A stretch of DNA of 64,000 nucleotides from Escherichia coli (GCF_041248615.1 NZ_CP158425.1); one strand, 5' to 3'; counted from the first letter of the stretch, positions 28,941 to 39,481 are shown. Numbers and translations are program-made. Notes: generated by a model not told the origin, from the sequence alone.

Positions 28941-29507
28941 TTGTCTTTTTCTGCAAGAAATATATTTAAGATTCTCTCTTCTTTCTTGATGCAGAAAAGC
29001 CCTCTTCATGAAGAAGTATGTGTTCCTGAAGAAACAACAGCTGGTTTATGGGGCCCTCTCCCTGATTCGCATGTCGTGCTTTTCTTAGATTTCGATGGGG
29101 TTTGTCACAGGTGCAAAAATGAAACCTTTGAGCGAATGCCATTGGTGGAAAAATTACTGGATAAATGCCCTTCCATGGTGATTGTCATCTCCAGTTCGTG
29201 GCGTGAATGTGCCAGTATAACTTACCTGAAATCTCTTTTCCGGCTACCTTATAGAGACAAAGTCATAGGTGCTACCGATTCGGTATATTTAAAACCTAAT
29301 CAGTCAGGTGTGCGGGCTGCTGAGTGTGAGGACTTTGTATTTTCACATCGAGTTAAAGCATTTATCTGCCTTGATGACGACGAATCATTATTCCCGGTCG
29401 GTTATCCACATTTGCAAAAAACCAATTATTACACCGGCCTCACCGAATCTGATCTTGCAGCTCTTAACACCAGGTATCATCTGCTTATGAAACGTTGGGC
29501 TTCCTGA
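28941..29507 (+). CDS. HAD-superfamily-like hydrolase (tentative)
   Basis: FLDFDGV (DxDG) motif I, SSS motif II and CLDDDE motif IV-like. Confidence 0.4.
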   Translation: MSFSARNIFKILSSFLMQKSPLHEEVCVPEETTAGLWGPLPDSHVVLFLDFDGVCHRCKNETFERMPLVEKLLDKCPSMVIVISSSWRECASITYLKSLFRLPYRDKVIGATDSVYLKPNQSGVRAAECEDFVFSHRVKAFICLDDDESLFPVGYPHLQKTNYYTGLTESDLAALNTRYHLLMKRWAS

Positions 29508-29509
29508 AT

Positions 29510-29522
29510 TAAAGTAACTTTT
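29510..29522. repeat. AAAAGT-N-ACTTTT motif instance (TAAAGTAACTTTT)
   Basis: 12/13; between convergent HAD-like and HNH genes. Confidence 0.5.
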
Positions 29523-29614
29523 ACGGAGAGCATGCCCGCATTATCAGTTCTATGCTTCTCCATTTCTGCCCCGGGTCAAAGCATTGCACAGTTGGAAGAA
29601 AACATGCCGGTCTC

Positions 29615-30904
29615 TTAAGCTTGCTGCTCAGTTTGGTTCCGGTGCTGAAAAACCTGCCAACGGTGCTTTAGGAATTCAGTATTGATGGGTTTACGCAGCG
29701 GCTTAATAAACTCTCCTTGATATGCCGCTAAATCATGATCTACCGCCAAAGCTTCAGCGAGAATGTTAACCTCCAACGTCACCGGATGAATGGCAATCAT
29801 GTTTGCGTCGAAAAGATCGTGTATATCATGGCGTAAGAGCAACCCATTTGTATAATGGTCTACTCCTCCGTTACGATGCTCCATCAGATGAGCAGCCTCA
29901 GTGCGCTGGCGCAGTCTAGAGCCTGTAATCACACATTGGTCATAACAGTTGTTGCGGACGGCTTCTGCAAATGAGGCCTGATCTGGTCGTGTCTCGACAG
30001 TTGTCTTACTACCCTTACGCTTACCCGGTACAGTAGTTTCATCAGGAATATTCGGCTGAAGCTCCTTTTCTTCTATACCATCAGTCTTCATAGCGACCAT
30101 AATCGCGGCCGGTGGAGATTTAGGCTGATCTTCCTGCGATCTTTCGCGGCCACCAACTGGATACCCTAGAAAACCCTCAATGATCTCTAGTGGAGGTAAT
30201 GTAGCGTTTGAACGTGCATAAATAGCGAACTCTGCGGCACGTCCGCCGGGAATATATCTACGTACCAGTATTGGAAGAGAGGCTTCTTCATCTGGTTCCT
30301 CTTTTTCCGACAGGATTATTCGTTCGGTGAGACGGGCTGAATTTTTTTTCATTTCACTCAACAGTCTATTGCGTTCTTTTACCTTTCGGTCATTATCCTC
30401 CAACATCTTACGATGACTAACCTTAGCCAGATGGTCTTCCAGTTCCTGTATATATTCGGGATCGATAGTGTCAATTAGACCGAACGCCATCAACCGCTCC
30501 CCCCTTGTTTTACAAGATTCTAGCCGAACGCGAATGTACTCCTTACGCTTGGCCATCAAATGTTCTTTTTGTTTTTTTTCTCGAATTACACGGAGCTGAG
30601 TATTGTAATTAGAATAAACGGTTTCGCTATTCTGCTCTGTCTCTAGAGCAAATTTTTGTAGGTGTTCACGTAGTTTTTTACGGGTATTTTTGGGGGCATG
30701 CATTACGGTACGCTCAATGTATGAGCCTGTGCAGCGTAAAGAAAGTACAGTTTCAGCATGGGAATAACCAGCATTGAGACGATAGCGGGCAATTTTAAGC
30801 AAATTATTAAAGTGTGCACCATTACATATACCTAGTTCTTCCAAGACACGACGTTCTCTATCATTAATAGATGGATGGTTAATATCTTTTACTTTGTTTG
30901 CCAT
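29615..30904 (-). CDS. HNH endonuclease-domain protein with long coiled-coil N-terminal region
   Basis: C-terminal CVITGSRLRQRTEAAHLMEH...VDHYTNGLLLRHDIHDLFDANMIAIHP matches HNH_2-type motif. Confidence 0.65.
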   Translation of the reverse strand: MANKVKDINHPSINDRERRVLEELGICNGAHFNNLLKIARYRLNAGYSHAETVLSLRCTGSYIERTVMHAPKNTRKKLREHLQKFALETEQNSETVYSNYNTQLRVIREKKQKEHLMAKRKEYIRVRLESCKTRGERLMAFGLIDTIDPEYIQELEDHLAKVSHRKMLEDNDRKVKERNRLLSEMKKNSARLTERIILSEKEEPDEEASLPILVRRYIPGGRAAEFAIYARSNATLPPLEIIEGFLGYPVGGRERSQEDQPKSPPAAIMVAMKTDGIEEKELQPNIPDETTVPGKRKGSKTTVETRPDQASFAEAVRNNCYDQCVITGSRLRQRTEAAHLMEHRNGGVDHYTNGLLLRHDIHDLFDANMIAIHPVTLEVNILAEALAVDHDLAAYQGEFIKPLRKPINTEFLKHRWQVFQHRNQTEQQA

Positions 30905-30983
30905 GTCCTGTGTCTCAGTGCCTATTCAGCCGGAACATCTACTACATAAAGAACGAGATTGTACAGAAATCAGCTAAGTTTAT

Positions 30984-31019
30984 GAATAAAAAAGGCCGCA
31001 AATTTATACTTTGCGGCCT
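30984..31019 (-). terminator. rho-independent terminator downstream of the TraG-like gene
   Basis: Stem GGCCGCAAA / TTTGCGGCC followed by T-run on the minus strand. Confidence 0.6.
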
Positions 31020-31084
31020 TCACTGTTTAACACCATATTTTAGTAAATACGTTTAATTTTCATTAGGTTATATTTGAAACTCAC

Positions 31085-34000
31085 CTACCTTTTATTTTCA
31101 TTAAGCCACTGATCCGCTTTATCGACACGTGACTGGTAAGGCTCATTTGTGTTGCTCAGCTCTGACTTCATGTACTGAATGAATTCATCTGCTTTCTGAG
31201 GCCCAAAGCGTGGGTCATCCGTCAATTGCTGCCGGATAGCCCTTTCAGAGTTCTGCGCTGCATTCGCATAAGTCGAAACGCCGTCGCTGCTAATACTCTG
31301 ATACCGGTCACTTACAGCTGCGACGCCATCAGACATCTGCATGTGATTAAGGACTTTACCCTGGAGAGAATCAGGCATATTTGCAGGGTTAGAGGCATCA
31401 TTTGCTATCGATGTCTGGGTTTGAAGGATGCCCGCTCCCGTAAGCATCTCATTTACCGGTTTCGCCCCAACGCTGGTTAGCGTATCCGAAACAAATTGCT
31501 GGCCCCCGAGTAGCGCACCAGAAATCGCGCCCCGCTCAGTGTTGGCCTCTATCTTTTCCCCAACCAAGCGATCTGTGACGGTCTGAGTGCGGTTACCAAC
31601 GAGACCACCGCCCGACCCACCCTCTCCTAGGTTTGCCCGTACGACTGACTCAAGTGAACCATCAGCTCTGTTATGAGTGTTGAAACTGCTATGGATGCTC
31701 TGAACGTCATTCATACTCCAGTTAACGTTATAGTTACCCAGTTCATTAAGGATCTTCTGGGTATCCGCTTTGAGCTGCTCTCTTTCGGCACCGGTAGCCA
31801 TGGTGCTGGCACCATAGGTAAAGACAGCTTGCTGTGCCAATTCAGCTCGCTTATCGTCCCGGCTTAAGTTCGGGTTGTTGGCAACACGACTAAAGTAGTT
31901 ATCAGTGTTATTAGATAAGCCACGAACTTGACCGCTCTGATACATACTGTTCAAAGCAGTGGCTCGTTGATCCATTCCATCACCAACCACCCGACCTCCG
32001 GTAGCCTTTTCCAGATCGTTAAATGTGCCTTCTGCATTTCTGACATCCTGACCTGAATTGACGACTTTCTCTACACCCTGATTATTCAGTACAGGGCCAT
32101 TCGTTTTGAGAGAATTGAGCACATTCCTTTCTTCATCAGAATAAGTGCGGCCCACGTTGTTGTTATGTATTCCCTGAATATCGCCTTTGCCCGCGTTATC
32201 AAGGTTATACGGAGTAAAGCCAGCTTCACTTTTTCCAGGGACACGCTGAGTCGCGTCCTGAGCGTTGGAGGAAAGACCGAGTTTAGCCTGCGAATCAACA
32301 CTTCCACCCAGTTCCCCTACGCGTGACGCACTCATCACGCCAGACGTATTTACGCTGTCAGGAGTTCTATCCTGTGCCTGAGTGATAGTATTAATTCCTG
32401 ACCCTTCGCCTGAAATTCTGTCGAGCTGATTGGTGATAGGTAGCAGCTGCTGTGCATTACCACCGAAGTCGGAAACCAGACTTTTAAGCAGGCTGGAGGT
32501 TTCACGGAGATCCTGTTTATTACTTTCGGCCGTCTCTCCCCGGGCGGTATCAATCGCAATTTTTTGCTCACTGAAATCTCGTGTTGCAGCCACAAGCGCG
32601 TCAGTACGTTGAAGCTGCGAACCAAGCTGATTACTGGCCTTGAAGGTATCGTTATAGGAGTTAAATTTCTCCATAAACGCATTCTCATCCAGCCCATTCT
32701 TACGAGCAAAATTCCTTACATCATCATCACTGAAGTTTTTGTTGCGAATAGAATCGGAGAACCTGTCCAGGTTAATGCTTTGTTTAGAATCAAGGCTCAT
32801 TCCACTATTGGAGCTGGCGTTAGTCGATACCGATGTAGAAATGTTTTGCGCCATCGTCTGTGTCGCCTGGTTCATTTTCGACGATGCTTCTTTAAACGCA
32901 TTAGTATTGGATATCTGATCGCTGCTTACCTGAGACGCCGCTTTACTGAACTGGTCAGTCAAAGCAGAATCCTGGCTAAGCTGATTCGTGATTGCTTTTG
33001 AAAGGTCATTTGAAAGCGAGTCACTGCCTGTATTGGTCTTAGATGCGCCGCTACTCAATTGCCCTGCTACAGCTGCTTTCAGCCCGGCTCCGTTGCCAGT
33101 TCCAGCACCTCCATTAAGCCCAGCGTTTAGAATAACATTTGAAGCAATGCTGGCCATCTGAGACGCACTCACCCCATGTTTCGTTGCAATACCTTCTGCT
33201 ACAGAGGCACCAATCTTATCCGAGATCTGCTTCATTGTTTGCAGGTTGGTTGAGAACTGCTGGCTCGACTGTCCTGACCTTCCAATTTCACTCATCTGAC
33301 TGTAACCAGCCTGGAATGAATTACTTGCCGCACTCATAACTGATGAGGTTACAGCTGATCCTTGCCCCTGGCTGTTAGCGATACTTGAACCAGCATTCCA
33401 CATTCCAAGACGGAAATTACTTGAATCAACTGCGCCGCCATCGCTGTATCCCTGACCGGTACTGGTCAAGGCGGTTCGTGTCACGTCACCAAATGAAGAT
33501 TTACCGCTGTTAGGGCCATCCCATACTTTGGGCGTTACATGACCAGTATCCACCGGCGCATCGGGGGTCACTCCCTTAACCGCATTCATCATCGGGTGAA
33601 TCGACTGTGTCATCAGGAATAATGTGAGTACCGGAATCAGAGCATAAAGCGCGGAAGCAACAGACAGGTATGAACTGTATGTTTCCGCAAGCCCTGGGAG
33701 CCCCATCCACGTGACGGCATTATTCTGGCTGTTGAGGGTGCTCCAGGTATCCAGATCGGCCGTCGCGACTTTCTTCACATACGCGTTGACCATTACTGCC
33801 GTAAGCGGCCACATATTCACGAAGAGAATAAGTTGCAAATATTTCGCCGCAGCGGCAACACCATTACCACCTAACGCCAGCAGCATAAGCAAAGCAAATG
33901 GAGCAACCATGTAAGCAAACATCTCAAGGAATGCGATTGCTGCTCCAGACAGTTGTAACCACAACTGGCCCTGTGAAGCCATTGTGTTGGTTCGCTTCAG

Positions 34001-35038
34001 AGAAGCCTCAAACAACTGCATATCGGAAGCCAGACCGAGTGGGGTCTTATATTTGCTTGCGCCATTTCTGAGCTCATTCATTATGAACAGGTTCAGGGTG
34101 GCGTCATACGAACCAATAGCCTTACCGTACATACCATTTGCTGACGCCATAACATCAGTAAAACTTGCGCCGGTAGGTGCACCATTTGCTTCGTCTGGAG
34201 TAAGGATGCCGTTTGTCTGTCCTATAAGGGAAATAGTCTGGCGAGCTTCAGCTGTACTGGTAACCTGTTTCACAGTTGACCAGACCTCATCACACGTACC
34301 AGATTTTGAACCGTTAGCGCCAACAATACTGGCAGAGGCATTCTTCAGTGCGCCTTTCATCGCCTGATTAATCCGGTCCATGCTATCTGCCAGATTAGCT
34401 GAGAAAATATCGTTAAAAATAGTTTCTTTACCGGCAATATTTGCGCTTGAGTTTTGGGTAGCCTTCAGGCAGTTGTATGCAAGAGACTGAACGGTAGCAC
34501 ATACGTTCATTGGCCCTAGCCCGCTGGCCGGTTCAGGAAATGCAGAACAGTAGCCCTGGCTATCGCCGCCCCATTGCAAAAACTTCACGAATCGGATCAT
34601 CGGACCGAGGGTGATGTCATCGTCCAGAGTTGTTGCAGACAGGTCCACCGGAGAAAGCGGATCAAACGCAGTTTTATAATCCTTCAGCAAACCCTGGCTT
34701 AAGTTAGTGGTGACGGTGGCCATCGCAGCAATAAAAATTGGAATTCCGTCGACGTTTCTGACCTCTCCCGACTTTACAGATTCAATAGTTACATCCACTC
34801 GAACCATTGCCATCATGAAAAGGATCAACCCCAAAAACCAGGAGAAAAACGGTAATTCATTTTTGGTCGGAGCCTGAAGCCATAGCCACGTTTTATAGAA
34901 TAGGCTCACACCTGCTACAACGGCGGCCGTGGTCAGGAACTCTTTTACACCAGTATATTGAGAAAAGATTAGGGCAATACCGGTAAAAGCCGACCAGACA
35001 AAATCAATATCACCCAGGGTATATATGTTGTAATCCAT
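31085..35038 (-). CDS. traG: F-type conjugative mating-pair stabilisation protein TraG/TrhG (large, N-terminal polytopic membrane domain)
   Basis: 1317 aa; N-terminal multi-TM TraG_N-like region; follows TraH as in F-like/IncHI systems. Confidence 0.85.
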   Translation of the reverse strand: MDYNIYTLGDIDFVWSAFTGIALIFSQYTGVKEFLTTAAVVAGVSLFYKTWLWLQAPTKNELPFFSWFLGLILFMMAMVRVDVTIESVKSGEVRNVDGIPIFIAAMATVTTNLSQGLLKDYKTAFDPLSPVDLSATTLDDDITLGPMIRFVKFLQWGGDSQGYCSAFPEPASGLGPMNVCATVQSLAYNCLKATQNSSANIAGKETIFNDIFSANLADSMDRINQAMKGALKNASASIVGANGSKSGTCDEVWSTVKQVTSTAEARQTISLIGQTNGILTPDEANGAPTGASFTDVMASANGMYGKAIGSYDATLNLFIMNELRNGASKYKTPLGLASDMQLFEASLKRTNTMASQGQLWLQLSGAAIAFLEMFAYMVAPFALLMLLALGGNGVAAAAKYLQLILFVNMWPLTAVMVNAYVKKVATADLDTWSTLNSQNNAVTWMGLPGLAETYSSYLSVASALYALIPVLTLFLMTQSIHPMMNAVKGVTPDAPVDTGHVTPKVWDGPNSGKSSFGDVTRTALTSTGQGYSDGGAVDSSNFRLGMWNAGSSIANSQGQGSAVTSSVMSAASNSFQAGYSQMSEIGRSGQSSQQFSTNLQTMKQISDKIGASVAEGIATKHGVSASQMASIASNVILNAGLNGGAGTGNGAGLKAAVAGQLSSGASKTNTGSDSLSNDLSKAITNQLSQDSALTDQFSKAASQVSSDQISNTNAFKEASSKMNQATQTMAQNISTSVSTNASSNSGMSLDSKQSINLDRFSDSIRNKNFSDDDVRNFARKNGLDENAFMEKFNSYNDTFKASNQLGSQLQRTDALVAATRDFSEQKIAIDTARGETAESNKQDLRETSSLLKSLVSDFGGNAQQLLPITNQLDRISGEGSGINTITQAQDRTPDSVNTSGVMSASRVGELGGSVDSQAKLGLSSNAQDATQRVPGKSEAGFTPYNLDNAGKGDIQGIHNNNVGRTYSDEERNVLNSLKTNGPVLNNQGVEKVVNSGQDVRNAEGTFNDLEKATGGRVVGDGMDQRATALNSMYQSGQVRGLSNNTDNYFSRVANNPNLSRDDKRAELAQQAVFTYGASTMATGAEREQLKADTQKILNELGNYNVNWSMNDVQSIHSSFNTHNRADGSLESVVRANLGEGGSGGGLVGNRTQTVTDRLVGEKIEANTERGAISGALLGGQQFVSDTLTSVGAKPVNEMLTGAGILQTQTSIANDASNPANMPDSLQGKVLNHMQMSDGVAAVSDRYQSISSDGVSTYANAAQNSERAIRQQLTDDPRFGPQKADEFIQYMKSELSNTNEPYQSRVDKADQWLNENKR

Positions 35039-35046
35039 GTCAGACC

Positions 35047-36462
35047 TCAGTTACGTGTGCCACGAATACTTTCAGTGAAAGCCTTCCGTTGCAGGCGACG
35101 GTTATCCCAGGTTGAAATGACGTCCGAGCTGGTACCGACCTGGCTGTGCGATAGCTCATAGGCGGCTTTAACCTGTTTTGAGAGATTGTCTGTTAATCGG
35201 TTGAGATCATCCCTTTTACCCGACAGCGACTCACTCGGTATGCTCATGGTTGAAATTTTGGCCTCAACCTGGCGCAACATGTTGATTACGAGGCTCGTCG
35301 CAGCAATAGTGCTTATGTCCTGAATGTATGCGTACCCTTCCGGTGCTTCGAATGTTTGCAAAGAGTCGATAATGGTCGGGATGCCGATATAGGAGATAAT
35401 GCGTAATTCATCATCTGAAACACGAACGTCGTTGATGATTTTTTTCTGTACGTTTAAAAGAAGATCAGAAATGGTATCCTTCAATCCCTTAAAACCACCG
35501 TCATTAACTTCTGACATGACAAGGCACTGAGCCTTTCGTGGGGATGATGGATCTGGTGCCGGAGAACACTTGAGCATTTTAATTGATCCGCCAGCTGGTG
35601 GCCCCATGATGTAATCCGTGACAGTCATGGTAGACGGGCGGACTTCCATTCCCGCTTTTTCGCCTTTGCTATCCCAGTTGATAATGACAGTACCCACGAG
35701 AGACATAAGTTGTTCTGCCAATTTATAACCGGATAACTCCGTTACCCCTCCGATGTTCATTGTTCCCTTATCAATATCCATGAACGACATATAGAAGAGG
35801 TTACCACTGAATTTTTCAGCGAACTCTTCGGGATCCTTTGCTTTAACCTGAGAAGTGACAGCTTCAGGTGACTTTGTCATCGATGAGCCAAAATCAGGAA
35901 TGAGACCATTAATCGATCCCAGAATTGAGGCTGGTCCAGAGCTAACTGAGTTAGCGAACTGGCTTGGCGTACCCACGTTTTCAGAAAGGAAAGAGTAAGT
36001 TGCATTGCATGAATCTTTCGCAAATTTATTTAGCGCTTGCAGTTTGTTTTGGATGTCATTAATCGTTGCAGCACAGTCAGCACAAATAGCTGAAACAGCA
36101 ACGTTAAAAGCATAGATAGCCGCACCCTGGGCAATACCACGGGCCACCTGCACAAGCTGGTCCCCGTTGATCATGCTGAAGGACCCAAGAAAAACGTCAA
36201 TACCATTACAACCGACAGAAGCTTTTGGAAACGACATGGAAACAAGGTTGGTATTAACGTTTGTTGTTCGGTAAGACATTGACCCGCCAACTATGCCTGT
36301 ACGGGTTGCTGTGGAAAAGGTGGCCGGGCTGGTAGACGTCATCATGCCATTGAAAATGTTACGCATTGCGTTGTCTGCATTTGCAGTCGGGGCTAAAATT
36401 GCAGCACAAACAGAAAGAGACAAAAGTAACTTTTTGAAGTTGAAAACGGCATTACTGCGCAT
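35047..36462 (-). CDS. traH: F-type conjugative pilus assembly protein TraH/TrhH
   Basis: Signal peptide MRSNAVFNFKKLLLSLSVCAAILA; TraH-like sequence; ATG at 36462 has GGAGG upstream. Confidence 0.85.
   Translation of the reverse strand: MRSNAVFNFKKLLLSLSVCAAILAPTANADNAMRNIFNGMMTSTSPATFSTATRTGIVGGSMSYRTTNVNTNLVSMSFPKASVGCNGIDVFLGSFSMINGDQLVQVARGIAQGAAIYAFNVAVSAICADCAATINDIQNKLQALNKFAKDSCNATYSFLSENVGTPSQFANSVSSGPASILGSINGLIPDFGSSMTKSPEAVTSQVKAKDPEEFAEKFSGNLFYMSFMDIDKGTMNIGGVTELSGYKLAEQLMSLVGTVIINWDSKGEKAGMEVRPSTMTVTDYIMGPPAGGSIKMLKCSPAPDPSSPRKAQCLVMSEVNDGGFKGLKDTISDLLLNVQKKIINDVRVSDDELRIISYIGIPTIIDSLQTFEAPEGYAYIQDISTIAATSLVINMLRQVEAKISTMSIPSESLSGKRDDLNRLTDNLSKQVKAAYELSHSQVGTSSDVISTWDNRRLQRKAFTESIRGTRN
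36422..36434. repeat. AAAAGT-N-ACTTTT motif instance (AAAAGTAACTTTT)
   Basis: Perfect; inside the traF/traH overlap (traH signal-peptide codons). Confidence 0.5.
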
Positions 36463-37498
36463 AAGTGCCTCCAAAACTGCCGCCAGCATTGAGATAATTG
36501 ACCGGATCGGCCGTAGGCATGTCATAGCCTTCGAGTTTTTGGTCCATTATTTTTTGAAGTAAGAATGGGTCTGATTCCATTTCGGATTTATTAACGGTAA
36601 TAACGCCATCATCACCGATGGTATATTGCCTTTTAATATCTAGAGTTGACTGAAACGAAGCGTCATCGATCAGATTCATGCCCTTCGCGGCAAGTATAAT
36701 AGTGTTCTTTAATTCATCAGCGGAGATCATGCCTTCACTAATGCGCTGAGCTGATGTCCCATCCTTTGAAACCAGGAAAATTGTAGGTACCTCTCGAATT
36801 TTAAATTGATCAATAATTTGTGCATTGGGGATGTTAAAATCCTGAAAAAGGCCATTATGCAATGGCCTTCCATCCATACTGATTGGAAGAATATCTACCG
36901 AATAATAGTTCTGCATAAATTGAAGTATTTGGCTCTCTTCGTGGCAAAACTGGCAAGTACTCTGGAAAAAGAAAAATAAACCTGACTTAGTAAAGATATC
37001 TTTCATTACCGTTTGCTGATTTTTTTCAACAACAGTGCGGTGAGCATCCAGTGCCACCTTTTCCACTGGTTGCCTGCGTTTTTCAGACATCATCGGGTTT
37101 TTAAGAAAATAATCTTTTGATTTGTCAGAAAAACGCGTACTGATATCCAGCATTAACCTTTGCGCCGTGTAATAACGTGATAGATTTTCTGCGGTAGGGT
37201 TATCCATTGCCTGCGTTAACAGTCGAGGCATATTCTCTTTTAGCCATTTTGAATTTAAATCTACCTTTTCCTCTTTTGAAGGCGAGCTAGCAGCACCGGT
37301 TGGTGGCAAAACCTTTTCTTCTTCAGCTTCGCTTTTTTTAGCAGGATCGTCATACCAGAAGAAACCCTTCTTATAAGCCTGGCCTGATACAAAGGGCGTA
37401 TCTTTTATTAGGGGTTGCTCAGGGCTGGCGTGGGCACCAGTAATTACCAAAGACATAAGCAAAACCATCTTTGAAGGCGCTAATGCAATACGAGTCAT
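36452..37498 (-). CDS. traF: F-type TraF/TrbB-like thioredoxin-fold pilus assembly protein (CxxC)
   Basis: 348 aa with CQFC motif in a thioredoxin-like C-terminal domain; AAGGAG upstream of the ATG. Confidence 0.8.
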   Translation of the reverse strand: MTRIALAPSKMVLLMSLVITGAHASPEQPLIKDTPFVSGQAYKKGFFWYDDPAKKSEAEEEKVLPPTGAASSPSKEEKVDLNSKWLKENMPRLLTQAMDNPTAENLSRYYTAQRLMLDISTRFSDKSKDYFLKNPMMSEKRRQPVEKVALDAHRTVVEKNQQTVMKDIFTKSGLFFFFQSTCQFCHEESQILQFMQNYYSVDILPISMDGRPLHNGLFQDFNIPNAQIIDQFKIREVPTIFLVSKDGTSAQRISEGMISADELKNTIILAAKGMNLIDDASFQSTLDIKRQYTIGDDGVITVNKSEMESDPFLLQKIMDQKLEGYDMPTADPVNYLNAGGSFGGTYAQ

Positions 37499-38091
37499 AG
37501 ACCGTTCTCCTTTTCTGATGCGGTTATGATGGCATACAAAAAAAAGGTTAGAGCTCGTATAGCATGGTCGTTTTTATGTTGAAAAGGACGGAAAAGGAGT
37601 GCTGACTAAGAAGATAGTCTCGGTGATGGAAAGATCATCCATCTTGCACATTGTGAAAAATCCGGTGTAACAAAAACATGGTTTTATCGAATATCTAAAA
37701 GCAAATATTGCTTTGAAAACAGGTGTATTAAGAGCTGAAAAAAATCATCACCAGTAACGCTGTTTCTATATTTCAAAGAAGGAATAGCTAAGGATCAAAG
37801 AAGCGAACTTAGGCAAGAATATAAAATATATTAATTGAAAGCGATTAAGAAGTCGTCATGCATAGAAGGTTTTAGAGAACCTAAGTAGTTTTACGTTTTC
37901 AACAGAAAAAAAGGTGAACATTTTTTGGAACGAAGAAAGACTGTATAAAGAAAAATCAAATTATATCTTTACTTGTCAAGAGTTAATATTTAAGTTGTAA
38001 CTAATATTTGATTGTAAAGCAAACAACAGAATTTGACTTAAGTCAATATTTAGATTCAGACAAGGCAAGTTTCGCGATATCTTTTTTAAAT

Positions 38092-38604
38092 TTAATCTAA
38101 TTCTTCTTGAGAATACCTCTCTATGGCTGAAGCAGTTGAAGATAATCTGCAACGTGGACAATAAGCATCATTTGTCACTGGCACAATGTATGGGCGTTTA
38201 CATTTTTCGCAGGCACCTAGTTCTTCAATTTCTTTCATAGAAGTAAGGATTTCTATTATTTTATTAACTTCCGGTGCGCATACAAAGTATCCCAGATTAT
38301 GAAGGACACTCATTATTCGGTTGAAGTCAATTTGCCGAAAACTCGCTTCCGGATTTATTGGATCAAAACCAAAATAGTTAACTGCGACATCAATAACAGC
38401 AGAAAAAGCTCGGCGGTTATCTGTGCGTTTGCTCCAGCCCCGGATACCTTTTTTGAGTTTTGTTTTTGCACCAGGCTCAAAATCGATATTTTCAGCAACA
38501 TGATTACCGTACAAAATTCGTATTGTATTTTTATTTGCCCCAAGCGACATAGTCCTTGCTGCTCGCAATAGAGCATTAGCTTTTGTTTGATCGACCTTTG
38601 CCAT
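38092..38604 (-). CDS. hypothetical protein with C-terminal zinc ribbon (possible transfer regulator)
   Basis: 170 aa; CEKC...CPRC motif; position equals trhR/trhY-like genes next to oriT in IncHI Tra1 (assignment not verified). Confidence 0.5.
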   Translation of the reverse strand: MAKVDQTKANALLRAARTMSLGANKNTIRILYGNHVAENIDFEPGAKTKLKKGIRGWSKRTDNRRAFSAVIDVAVNYFGFDPINPEASFRQIDFNRIMSVLHNLGYFVCAPEVNKIIEILTSMKEIEELGACEKCKRPYIVPVTNDAYCPRCRLSSTASAIERYSQEELD

Positions 38605-38605
38605 A

Positions 38606-39406
38606 TTAATAATCCTTTAACATAACTTTATTTGTTAAAGTGTTGAACACATCCTGACGGTGACTGGTGAACATAGTGTCATAACGTAATAGTTCCATCA
38701 AATCATCACTAACTTTTCCTAACCGGATGTCAGCAGACAATTCATAAGCCCAGGCAAAAACTTTCGTTTTAAGTGAAACACTCTCTTCAATATGCCCTTG
38801 TGAGAAAGCAATTGTACGTGGGAAAAGAACGACATCGTTAATTGTTTTTAACGATGAATAACCAATGTCTTTAATAGCATCAGCTGTAGTTGGTTTTAAA
38901 CCAAAGAAAACACTTACAAACTCTGGTGCGAGCATTGAGATAAAGAACACCTGCATAAAGTAGTCATTCTGTATATCAACACATTTAGAACGCAACTCAT
39001 GAATCTTCTTGGGATTATAGATATCCACTGTACCATTCAGAAAAGTCACTTTTTCACCGGCATCGTAAATACCATAGTCAATATCATTTGTATCATATTC
39101 ACGAATTACATTGGAATCACCGTCCAAGACCGCAGAAAAAAACCTCTCCCATGTAATTTCCTTTCCGAGTGTACGCGGAACCAAAAAACTACCTGGACGT
39201 GTTTCCACTTCAAAAGCTAAATCAGCGGCTGTACTAAATCCTTTCCCAAATAGGCGACGCTGGAGAAGAGGAGTCCCAGTTTGATATGCAGAAGATCCAT
39301 GCACAGGCAATAACATTAAAAATGCACGGTAACTACGAATAAGCGAAATCTCAGTGCGGAAAAGTTTACCGAGTAAGCTACGAGTTAAATTATCAGATTC
39401 TGACAT
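38606..39406 (-). CDS. hypothetical protein (266 aa)
   Basis: ORF separated by 1 nt from the following gene; no motif recognised. Confidence 0.5.
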   Translation of the reverse strand: MSESDNLTRSLLGKLFRTEISLIRSYRAFLMLLPVHGSSAYQTGTPLLQRRLFGKGFSTAADLAFEVETRPGSFLVPRTLGKEITWERFFSAVLDGDSNVIREYDTNDIDYGIYDAGEKVTFLNGTVDIYNPKKIHELRSKCVDIQNDYFMQVFFISMLAPEFVSVFFGLKPTTADAIKDIGYSSLKTINDVVLFPRTIAFSQGHIEESVSLKTKVFAWAYELSADIRLGKVSDDLMELLRYDTMFTSHRQDVFNTLTNKVMLKDY

Positions 39407-39481
39407 GTGCTGATTGTCCTTGCGCCATTACAATTGTTCAAATCTTCAACATGGATTTTTTGTTAGGTGTTCGGTAGGGTG

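Noticed and set aside
36463-36525. Longer TraH start (ORF-track 492 aa)
   Set aside because: The ATG at 36462 has a GGAGG ribosome-binding site and starts a typical signal peptide; the upstream in-frame codons lie inside traF.
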